From contig DASRES010000015.1 of assembly GCA_035651955.1 (NCBI GenBank), positions 70,208 to 134,207 on the forward strand: DNA of 64,000 bases. Reading direction: 5' to 3'. Positions within the stretch are counted from its first letter, which is position 1, and each line of letters begins with the position of its first letter. Under the pieces are notes generated by a model, which worked only from the letters and a program-made list of their open reading frames with translations, had not been told where the DNA came from and did no database searches. The stretch is from Acidimicrobiia bacterium. Lineage in GTDB: Bacteria > Actinomycetota > Acidimicrobiia > IMCC26256 > JAMXLJ01. Of this stretch, positions 54,227-64,000 are shown in pieces. The position numbers were made by a program, and so were the translations under genes.

Positions 54227-55176
54227 CACGCGCTCTCCTCCACTCGGCGGAACCGATTGCGGTACTCGCGCGGTGACACACGCAGCGTGCGCAGGAACGT
54301 GCGCCGCATGGTCTCCGCCGTCCCGAAGCCACATGACCTCGCGACGGCGTCGACCGACTCGTCGGTGTCCTCCAGCGCGCGCCGCGCGGCGTCGACGCGG
54401 GCGCGCTCCACGAACCGGGCCGGCGTCGTGCCCGTGTCCCGACGGAACACCCGCGCGAAGTGCCGCGGGCTCATCGCCGCGTGCGCCGCGAGACGCTCGA
54501 CGGTCAGTACCTCGTCGAGGTGATCGACCATCCACGCGTGGACGTCACGCACCGTCGCCTGGTCCGAGAACTGCCCCGCGAGGTGCGCGCTGAACTGCGA
54601 CTGCCCGCCCGGCCGCTTCACGAACACGACGAGCTGTCGCGCGATGCGCATCGCGACCGCGCGGCCGTGATCCTCCTCGACCATCGCGAGCGCGAGGTCG
54701 ATGCCGGCGGTCACGCCGGCCGACGTCCACACCTCGCCGTCGCGCACGAAGATCGCGTCCGGTTCCACCGTGATCGACGGATGGAGTCGTGCGAGCAGCT
54801 CGCACGACCGCCAGTGCGTCGTCGCGCGACGCCCGTCGAGAAGCCCGGCCGCAGCGAGCACGAACGCGCCCGTGCACACCGACGCGACCCGCCGGCTGCG
54901 CGCCGCGACATGGCGGACCGACGCGACGACCGCCGTGTCGCCGGCCGCCGCACGCGTGCCCGGACCGCCGGCGACCACGAGCGTGTCGACCGGCCCGTGC
55001 ACTTCGGCCAGCGCGCGGTCCGCGACGAGCCCGAGCCCGCTCGACGACCGGACCACGCCTGCGACCGGCGCGACGACCTCGACCCGTGCGTCGCCGGCGG
55101 CGGCGAACACCTCGGTGGGTCCCGTCACGTCGAGCGACTGGACCCCGGGGAAGGCGAGCATCACGACGCGGCGCAC
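54226..55176 (-). CDS. GlxA-family regulator (DJ-1/PfpI-like domain + AraC HTH)
   Basis: 316 aa. Contains SVCTGAFVLAAAGLL and a C-terminal AraC HTH (VARSCGFGTAETMRRTFLRTLRVSPREYR). Confidence 0.9.
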   Translation of the reverse strand: MRRVVMLAFPGVQSLDVTGPTEVFAAAGDARVEVVAPVAGVVRSSSGLGLVADRALAEVHGPVDTLVVAGGPGTRAAAGDTAVVASVRHVAARSRRVASVCTGAFVLAAAGLLDGRRATTHWRSCELLARLHPSITVEPDAIFVRDGEVWTSAGVTAGIDLALAMVEEDHGRAVAMRIARQLVVFVKRPGGQSQFSAHLAGQFSDQATVRDVHAWMVDHLDEVLTVERLAAHAAMSPRHFARVFRRDTGTTPARFVERARVDAARRALEDTDESVDAVARSCGFGTAETMRRTFLRTLRVSPREYRNRFRRVEESA

Positions 55177-55479
55177 CGGGCCAGCTTGCGCCCCTCCGCG
55201 CCTGGCCGCAATGACGAAGACCCCACCGATCCTGCCATCGGCCGGACCGACCGCCGGCCCGGACGGCGAGCTCCGGCTCGCCCCGCTCTCGGTCCGGGGC
55301 GGCGTGGATGCCCTGAGAGGGGCACCTCCGGCGTGACCCGCTGTTGGCCGGCGTCGCCGCTGGCCGACCCCCGGCGCGCCCCCCTCCCGGTGCGGGGCGG
55401 CGCAAGAAGACAGGGAATGCCAGTACCCGCCCGCTCGTTGGATCGGTGACCATCAAACGTTCAACGAGGTGAGGCTCTC

Positions 55480-57837
<2,358 letters not shown>

Positions 57838-57845
57838 CCCCTCAT

Positions 57846-57888
57846 CTTGTGTGGATTCGCCGGCTCACGCCCGGCGAATCCACACAAG
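57846..57888. terminator. Perfect 18-bp inverted repeat (7-nt loop) between the convergent lon and livF genes
   Basis: CTTGTGTGGATTCGCCGG-CTCACGC-CCGGCGAATCCACACAAG. Confidence 0.7.
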
Positions 57889-58632
57889 TCAGGGAGTGCT
57901 GCCGTTCGACGCGGAGGGGAGCAGGCGCTCCGACAGGTCGCCGAGCTCCGACGCGGGGCCGAAGTACGTGACCTGACCCTTGTTCAGGACCGCGACGTCG
58001 TCGGCCAGGCTGAGCGCGTGGTGGACGTGCTGCTCGACGAGCAGGAGCGCGGTGCCCTGGTCGCGCACGTTCGCGAGCGTCTTGTACACCTCGTCGACGA
58101 CGATCGGCGCGAGGCCGAGCGAGAGCTCGTCCGCGATGAGCAGCCGCGGGGGGTTCACGAGGACGCGTGCGAGCGCGAGCATGCGCTGCTCACCACCCGA
58201 CAGCGTCGCCGCGAGCTGCTTGCGCCGCTCACCCATCCGCGGGAACAGCTCGTACGCGCGTTGCACCGCGTCCATCGTGCGCTTCTTCCCCAGCTCACGC
58301 CGGAACGCGAGCGTGAGGTTCTCCTCGACGGTCAGCGACGCGAACAGCGACCGGCCCTCGGGCGCGTGCGCGATCCCGAGCCGGGCGACCCGGTACGTGC
58401 GCATGCCCGTGATGTCGTTGCCCTCGAACAGGAGCTTGCCCGAGGTGGGCTTGACGAGGCCGGACGCGACGCGCGCGATCGTCGTCTTCCCCGCACCGTT
58501 CGCGCCGAGCAGCGCGACGACGCGCCCGGGCTCGATCCGCAGCGACACGTCGAACAACGCGCGGAACGGGCCGTAGCCGGCGTCGATGTCGCGCAGCTCG
58601 AGCAGCGGCGTGGCCGTGAGCGTGGCGGTCAC
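57889..58632 (-). CDS. livF: Branched-chain amino acid ABC transporter ATP-binding protein (LivF type)
   Basis: GTG 58632 makes a GTGA overlap with the livG stop. Motifs: [31 protein letters not shown]. Confidence 0.9.
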   Translation of the reverse strand: MTATLTATPLLELRDIDAGYGPFRALFDVSLRIEPGRVVALLGANGAGKTTIARVASGLVKPTSGKLLFEGNDITGMRTYRVARLGIAHAPEGRSLFASLTVEENLTLAFRRELGKKRTMDAVQRAYELFPRMGERRKQLAATLSGGEQRMLALARVLVNPPRLLIADELSLGLAPIVVDEVYKTLANVRDQGTALLLVEQHVHHALSLADDVAVLNKGQVTYFGPASELGDLSERLLPSASNGSTP

Positions 58633-59387
58633 ACGAGCTCCCCGAGGTAGGCCTTGCGCACGGCGGCGTCGCCGAGCACCTCGTCGGTCGTGCCCTCGGC
58701 GATCAGCGTGCCGAAGTCGAGCACGTACAGGCGCGTCACGAAGCGCTGCACCATCTCGACGTCGTGCTCGACGAGGAGGATCGCGGTGCCGCGCTCGCGT
58801 TGCACGGCTTCGAGCGTGTTCACGAGCTCGTCGGTCTCGTGCCGGTCGAGCCCGGACGACGGCTCGTCGAGCAGCAGGAGCTTCGGCTCCGTCATGAGCG
58901 CGCGCCCGACCTCGACGAGCCGGCCCCGCCCGAGGCTCAACGCCTCGATCGGGCGGTCGGCGACGTCGGACAGCCCGAGCAGCGCGAGCGTCTCGTCGGT
59001 GCGGGCGATCTCGTCGTCCTTCGGCCCACCCAGGTTCAGGACGTCCTTCCACAGCCGGCCGTCGCCGCGTCGCGAGCGCTCGGCGACGAGCAGGTGATCG
59101 CGCACGGTGAGCCCGGAGAACAGCTCGATGCGCTGGAACGTCCGCCCGAAGCCGAGCCGCGACCGCTTGTAGACGGGGAGGCGGGTGATGTTCCGCCCGT
59201 CGAACTCGACTCGTCCGCCGTCGGGGCGCAGGAGGCCGAGCAGGCAGTTGAAGAACGTCGTCTTCCCCGCGCCGTTCGGGCCGATGAGGCCGACCGCCTC
59301 CGCGGCCTCGACGCGCAGCGTGACGCGGTCGAGCGCGGTGATGCCGGCGAAGCGCTTCGTGACGTCCGTCGCGTTGAGCAGGCTCAT
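58629..59387 (-). CDS. livG: Branched-chain amino acid ABC transporter ATP-binding protein (LivG type)
   Basis: ATG 59387 makes an ATGA overlap with the permease stop. Motifs: [31 protein letters not shown]. Confidence 0.9.
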   Translation of the reverse strand: MSLLNATDVTKRFAGITALDRVTLRVEAAEAVGLIGPNGAGKTTFFNCLLGLLRPDGGRVEFDGRNITRLPVYKRSRLGFGRTFQRIELFSGLTVRDHLLVAERSRRGDGRLWKDVLNLGGPKDDEIARTDETLALLGLSDVADRPIEALSLGRGRLVEVGRALMTEPKLLLLDEPSSGLDRHETDELVNTLEAVQRERGTAILLVEHDVEMVQRFVTRLYVLDFGTLIAEGTTDEVLGDAAVRKAYLGELV

Positions 59388-61477
59388 GGCTTCGCTCCAC
59401 GGCCGGCTCGCCCGCGCTTCGAGTACGCGCCTCCGCGCTTGGCCGCCTTCTCGCCGACCGTGCCGACCGCACCCTCGGGCAGCGGCGGCAGCGAGCCGCC
59501 ACCCGCGGCTGCGTGCGCGGGCTCGACGGGCGCCTCCTCGGCCTGCTTCTTGCCGAGCTTCGAGAACTGGCGCTGGAAGAACGCGAGCGACTGCCGCTTG
59601 TTCGCCTCGAGGATCCCTTCGGGATGGCGCGCGTACGTGATGGCGCCGAGGCCGAACAGGATCGGCTCCCAGCTCGCGTTGACCCCCAGGCGCTTCAGGA
59701 TCTCGCCGACGAGGACGAAGCCGATCGCGGCCTGGATCGCGCCCTCGACGGTGCGCGACCCCAGGGTGACGACGAGGACCACCCACAACAGGCCGAAGAA
59801 GTACCCGTAGTCGGCCGGCTGCGCGACACCGCTCTGGGTGACGAGCATCCCGCCACCGAGCCCTGCGATCCCGGCCGACAGCGCGAACGCGACGATGCGT
59901 GCACGCGTCGGGTTGATCCCGATCGACTGCGCGGCGGTCTCACTGCCGCGCAACGCGTCGAGGAACCGACCGGTCGTGCCGTTGCGCACGAAGATCACGA
60001 AGATGCTCATGATGATGAGCACGATCAGCGCGAAGAAGAAGAACGACTTGTTGCTCGCGAGATCGAACGGGCCGATCACTGGTCTCGGGACACGCAGCGG
60101 CGCGCGCCCGTGCCCGACCCAGTCGAGCGGCACGAAGATGTTCTCCCACATCAGCGCGAACGCGAACGTGGCCAGCGCGAGGTAGATGCCGCCGAGGCGC
60201 AGGATCGGTATCGCGAGGAGACCGCCGACGATCGCGGCGACGATCGCGCCGATCACCATCGTCAGGAGGACGGGCATCCCCTGGCTGTGCACGAGCTGCG
60301 CGGTCGTGAACGCGCCCATGCCTGCGAACGCGGCCTGGCAGAGCGAGATCTGCCCGGCCATGCCGGTGATGACCGTGAACGACAGGAACACGATGCCGAG
60401 GACGACGGCCTGGGTGCCGAGCAGCAGCCAGTAGTTGTCCTGCATGATGTACGCGATCGCGGCGACGCCGACGACGACGCCGAAGATGCGCGTGGCCCAC
60501 GTGAGCGCGCGCGTGCGCTCGAGCGCGGCGAGGCCCGGTGGTGGCGGGTCGACGCCCGCGAGCGGGTCGGTCACCTCGCGCCGGTTGCGCAGGGCGGGCC
60601 AGAAGATGAGCAGCGCGAAGAGGATGACGAACGGCAGCGACGGCCGGAGTCCCTGGGCCAGGACGCTCGCGGGCGGCAGGTAGCCGCCGAGCAGGCCCTG
60701 CGCGATCCCGAGGAGGATGCCGCCGAGCAGCGTCATCGGGATGCTCTGCAACCGGCCGAACGCGGCGGCCGCGATCGCCGCGACGATCAGGATGTTGAAG
60801 TTGTCCGCGCTCACCTGCGCGAACAGCGGGGCGAGCAGGACGCCGGCGAGGCCGGCGACGAGGCTCGACAGCATCCACGCGAACGTCCCGACACGGCCGG
60901 CGTTGATGCCGTTCAGCTCGGTCATGCGCGAGCTCTCGACGACCGCGCGCATGCGCAACCCGATGGTGGTGAACCGGAACAGCGCGGTGAGCCCGATCGC
61001 GACGACCGCGGTCGCGATGATCGTCGCGACCTGGTCGCCGTTCAGCGAGTAGCTGCCGAAGTGGTAGACGGCGAAGTTGCTGCCCTGTGACGACGGCCAG
61101 ATTCCCTCGACGCCGTAGCTGGGACTCTGACCGAACCACAACCCGACGATCTGCGGCACCGCGACGAGGAGGCCGAGCGCGGCCACGAGTCTCGCGAGCT
61201 CCGAGGCGCCGCGCATGAACCGGAAGATGCACCGGTCGAAGATCAGGCCGACGAGCGGTCCGATCACGATGACCGCGAGCACGAACGCGGGGATGATCGG
61301 CCAGTTGTGGCGAACGTGCGTGTCGTAGTACACGGCCGCGGACACGAACGCCTGCGCACCGAACGCGAGGTTGAACACGCCCGACGTCTTGTAGGTCAGC
61401 ACGAGACCGACCGCGACGAGCGCGAAGACACATCCGAAGGGGATGCCTCGCAGGACGTAGGAGATGAAGTCAGTCAC
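59384..61477 (-). CDS. Fused LivH-LivM type branched-chain amino acid ABC permease with ~70-aa hydrophilic C-terminal tail
   Basis: 697 aa. The N-terminal half is LivH-like (GIPFGCVFALVAVGLVLTYKTSGVFNLAFG). The second half is LivM-like (GMAGQISLCQAAFAGMGAF). Confidence 0.88.
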   Translation of the reverse strand: MTDFISYVLRGIPFGCVFALVAVGLVLTYKTSGVFNLAFGAQAFVSAAVYYDTHVRHNWPIIPAFVLAVIVIGPLVGLIFDRCIFRFMRGASELARLVAALGLLVAVPQIVGLWFGQSPSYGVEGIWPSSQGSNFAVYHFGSYSLNGDQVATIIATAVVAIGLTALFRFTTIGLRMRAVVESSRMTELNGINAGRVGTFAWMLSSLVAGLAGVLLAPLFAQVSADNFNILIVAAIAAAAFGRLQSIPMTLLGGILLGIAQGLLGGYLPPASVLAQGLRPSLPFVILFALLIFWPALRNRREVTDPLAGVDPPPPGLAALERTRALTWATRIFGVVVGVAAIAYIMQDNYWLLLGTQAVVLGIVFLSFTVITGMAGQISLCQAAFAGMGAFTTAQLVHSQGMPVLLTMVIGAIVAAIVGGLLAIPILRLGGIYLALATFAFALMWENIFVPLDWVGHGRAPLRVPRPVIGPFDLASNKSFFFFALIVLIIMSIFVIFVRNGTTGRFLDALRGSETAAQSIGINPTRARIVAFALSAGIAGLGGGMLVTQSGVAQPADYGYFFGLLWVVLVVTLGSRTVEGAIQAAIGFVLVGEILKRLGVNASWEPILFGLGAITYARHPEGILEANKRQSLAFFQRQFSKLGKKQAEEAPVEPAHAAAGGGSLPPLPEGAVGTVGEKAAKRGGAYSKRGRAGRGAKP

Positions 61478-61522
61478 GTTGGTGTCCCCGCAGTGGGTCC
61501 GTCGGGCGGGTCGCCGTCGCCG

Positions 61523-62839
61523 CTACTGCCTGGTGAACGTCGGGACCGACGACAGTGGCGGTGTGTTCCCGTTGAAGCACCGGAACGGCTTGCCGGGCGA
61601 GCCGTACACGGGCACGAACTTCGAGTCGTGCACCTTGAGCAGCGCGCCGCACGACAGCGGGTACTGATTGTCCGTGTGCTGCTTGGTCCAGTTGATCGGA
61701 CCGATGAGCCCGCCTGCGTCGTAGGCCGTCAGCGTGTTCAGCGAGTCGATGATCTTCTGGCGCGTGAAGTTCGGCCCCGCCATCTTCAGGCCGGTGACGA
61801 ACTGGTCCGCGTTGACCCACCCGATCTCGGCGTTCTCGGTCAGCTTGTAGCCGCCCTTGTTCATCCACTCGACGTACTGCTTGAGCGCGGGGAACTGCGG
61901 CCGCGTCTCGATCGGCGCCTCCTGCACGAGGACGATCGAACCTTCGAAGAACCCGCCGTTCTTGCTCATGAAGTCGGGGTCGTAGCCGTTGGGGAGGTAC
62001 TGGATCGCCGTCATGCCCTGCTGGCGCATCTCGCGCGCCAGCGTCAGGACGCCGTTGGTGTCCATGCACGTCGTGACGAAGTCGACCTTCGCGTCGAGCA
62101 TCCGCTTCACGTCGGCGCTCAGGTCGGTCACCCCGAACGACAGGCTCTTGTCGGTGAACACGACCTTCGCGGTCGGGTACATCTCGAAGCTGCGCTGGAT
62201 GCCGGTGAGGCACTCGGCCGAGTTCGCCACGTTGTAGGCGAGGACGCCGAGGCGCTTCTTGCCGAGCTGCTGCGCGAGCCACGGGAGCGCCGGTCCGCCG
62301 CAGTCGAAGCACAGCGCGCCGACGTGGCCGAACAGGTTCGGCGGTCCTTGCCACTCGGGGTTGATGCCCCAGCCGAACGTCGGGATGCCCGCCTTCGCGA
62401 GCAGGGGCGCGCCGCTGAACGAGAAGATCGTCGCGACGGGCAGCACGGCGAACGCGTTGTCCTGGTCGATGATCGCCTCGACCTCACGCTGGTTCTGCGT
62501 GAGCTGGTCGTCGTGGCGCTTGACGATCACGAGCTTGCGCCCGTAGATCCCGCCCTGGCTGTTGATCATGTCGAAGTAGGCCTGGACGCCGTCGAACGCG
62601 GTGCCGTACAGCCCACCGAGCGGGTTCGTCGTCGACGCGACGCCGCTGACGCGGATCTCCGTCGACGTGACGCCGGGTTGGTTCACCGGCGGGAACGTCC
62701 CACTGCCCTTGACCGTGCCCGTCGTCCCGGAGGACGACGTCGTCGTGGTGTTCTTCGATGACTTGCCGCTGCTCGAGTTGCCGCACGCGGTCGCTGCGAC
62801 CGCCAGCACTGCGAGGACCGCGACCCACCGAGCACGCAT
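61523..62839 (-). CDS. ABC transporter substrate-binding lipoprotein (LivK / Peripla_BP_6 type)
   Basis: ATG 62839 follows SD GGGGGAG. Signal peptide with lipobox LAVAATAC, then an S/T-rich linker. Confidence 0.88.
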   Translation of the reverse strand: MRARWVAVLAVLAVAATACGNSSSGKSSKNTTTTSSSGTTGTVKGSGTFPPVNQPGVTSTEIRVSGVASTTNPLGGLYGTAFDGVQAYFDMINSQGGIYGRKLVIVKRHDDQLTQNQREVEAIIDQDNAFAVLPVATIFSFSGAPLLAKAGIPTFGWGINPEWQGPPNLFGHVGALCFDCGGPALPWLAQQLGKKRLGVLAYNVANSAECLTGIQRSFEMYPTAKVVFTDKSLSFGVTDLSADVKRMLDAKVDFVTTCMDTNGVLTLAREMRQQGMTAIQYLPNGYDPDFMSKNGGFFEGSIVLVQEAPIETRPQFPALKQYVEWMNKGGYKLTENAEIGWVNADQFVTGLKMAGPNFTRQKIIDSLNTLTAYDAGGLIGPINWTKQHTDNQYPLSCGALLKVHDSKFVPVYGSPGKPFRCFNGNTPPLSSVPTFTRQ

Positions 62840-63072
62840 GCAAGCTCCCCCACTCACCGGTGTCTCCGACTCGGATCGTTGCCGTTCCGTCGTGAGCTGT
62901 CGCGCCGCACGTCAGGTTGGTCCTACCCCGTGAAGCCTCTCGCGCGCGAACTTCCCTAACACTAACGTCAGGTTTCTCGGCTGACCAGGGTGCCGCCGGC
63001 GGTGCGGACCGTCGTGATCCGGCGGCCGTCCCGGGCGAGGAAATGCGGGCCGGCTCGCACGGGCGCGGATCG

Positions 63073-63078
63073 TAGGGT
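63073..63078 (+). promoter_or_regulatory. -10-like hexamer TAGGGT, 7 nt upstream of the ABC-F GTG (leaderless geometry)
   Basis: Matches TANNNT; no usable SD is present. Confidence 0.35.
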
Positions 63079-63085
63079 GCGAGGC

Positions 63086-64000
63086 GTGCTGGCGGCTCGC
63101 GGCGTCACGCGCATCCTCGGTGGACGGGTCGTGCTCGACGACGTGTCGTGCACGGTGGGCCCGCGCACGCGCCTCGGCGTCGTCGGCCGCAACGGCGCCG
63201 GCAAGTCGACGCTGCTGCGGGTGCTCGCCGGGCTCGACGTCCCCGACGCGGGCCGTGTCGAGCGGGCACCCGCGTCCACGACCGTCGGGTACCTCCCGCA
63301 GGAGACCGACGCACTCGAGGGCGAGACGCTGCGCGCCTACTTGGCGCGTCGTACGGGCGTGGGACCGGCCGAGGCCGCCCTCGATCGGCTCACCGACGCG
63401 CTCGCGCGCGATCCCGGCGTGGTCGACGAGTACACCGCCGCCCTCGAGCTGTTCCTCGCGCTCGGCGGCGACGACTTCGCGGCGCGTGTCGGCGAGGTGT
63501 GCGCGGACGTCGGGCTCCCGGCCGAGCGGCTCGACGTCGCGATGCACGACCTGTCGGGCGGTCAGGTCGCCCGAGCCGCGCTGGCCGCGATCCTGCTCTC
63601 GCGCGTCGACGTGCTGCTGCTCGACGAGCCGACGAACGATCTCGACTTCGCCGGTCTCGACCGCCTCGAGTCGTACCTCGCCGAGCGCGCCGGAGGGCTC
63701 GTCGTCGTCTCGCACGACCGCGCGTTCCTCGACCACGCGGTCGACCGCATGCTCGAGCTCCACGAGGAGACGCACCGCGCGACGGAGACCGCCGGCGGGT
63801 GGAGCGAGTACGTCGCGGCCCGCGCGCTCGCTCGGTCGCAGCAGTACGCGGCGTACGGCAAGTACAAGGCGGAGCGCGACGACCTGCTCACACGAGCGCG
63901 CCGCCAGCGGCAGTGGTCGGAGACGGGCGTCCGCAAGGTCAAGAAAGGTGCCGAGACCGACAAGCACGTGCGCTACCGCAAGACGCAGCGCAGCGAGAAG
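63086..64000 (+). CDS. ABC-F family ATPase (second paralogue); 3' end lies outside the window
   Basis: Not in the track because it runs off the window. My own translation: [49 protein letters not shown]...[32 protein letters not shown]...VVSHDRAFLD, then an inter-domain linker (RQRQWSETGVRKVKKGAETDKH). GTG 63077 is an alternative start. Confidence 0.85.
   Translation, partial: MLAARGVTRILGGRVVLDDVSCTVGPRTRLGVVGRNGAGKSTLLRVLAGLDVPDAGRVERAPASTTVGYLPQETDALEGETLRAYLARRTGVGPAEAALDRLTDALARDPGVVDEYTAALELFLALGGDDFAARVGEVCADVGLPAERLDVAMHDLSGGQVARAALAAILLSRVDVLLLDEPTNDLDFAGLDRLESYLAERAGGLVVVSHDRAFLDHAVDRMLELHEETHRATETAGGWSEYVAARALARSQQYAAYGKYKAERDDLLTRARRQRQWSETGVRKVKKGAETDKHVRYRKTQRSEK

Noticed and set aside
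55177-55479. HAIR (HspR) or CIRCE (HrcA) heat-shock operators upstream of lon, and a 41-codon ORF (ATG 55211).
   Set aside because: No match to either inverted-repeat consensus was found by eye. The small ORF has no SD, no homology and no distinctive composition.
57846-57888. Possible third member of the 25715/52982 repeat family, based on shared CCACAC/GTGTGG strings.
   Set aside because: The similarity is limited to about 8 nt (ATCCACAC). The stem, loop and flanks differ. It is treated as an independent perfect-hairpin terminator.

Overview
This is a 64-kb, very GC-rich chromosomal segment (by eye above 70% GC, with strong GC3 bias), typical of a high-GC Actinomycetota genome; the class cannot be determined by eye. 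It is gene-dense. I can support 59 protein-coding genes (two run off the window edges) plus a set of hairpins, -10-like hexamers and short repeats. I found no rRNA, tRNA, CRISPR array, prophage or intact IS element. Most of the very long ORFs in the six-frame track are antisense or out-of-frame shadows of real genes, as expected at this GC content. I chose genes by recognisable protein motifs, SD or leaderless geometry, and stop/start coupling.

Gene content, in order:
- Cell-envelope glycopolymer genes: Wzt/TagH-like ABC ATPase, GT2, LCP.
- Acyl-CoA synthetase and a MarR-MmpL pair.
- A LiaFSR-like HK-RR-DUF4097 module.
- msrA, an amidohydrolase, an RDD protein with 17 nonapeptide repeats, and a UbiB/ABC1 kinase.
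- A Lon-like S16 peptidase, DUF3097, an amidase and a PIG-L deacetylase.
- Zn-ADH, Ada-AlkA plus Ogt, and ettA.
- An NYN protein, a P450 and a truncated TnpB-like ORF.
- A SARP/STAND regulator flanked by three small paralogous ORFs.
- A HelD/HelR-like ATPase, PepF, and an ECF transporter.
- tlyA, PilZ, DUF885, fumC and gpx.
- GlxA plus DJ-1, lon, a liv-type ABC importer and a second ABC-F.

Honest assessment: the window looks mostly like core housekeeping chromosome, not a defence or mobile island. The best candidate for an undescribed system is the SARP-centred module at 34186-39465. There, a 22-nt box built from 11-nt tandem units precedes each of three small paralogous genes. The next most interesting items are:
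- the nonapeptide-repeat RDD protein;
- a roughly 40-nt element present twice (35/39 identical);
- a stand-alone TnpB N-terminal ORF;
- two genes that lack a canonical start codon.
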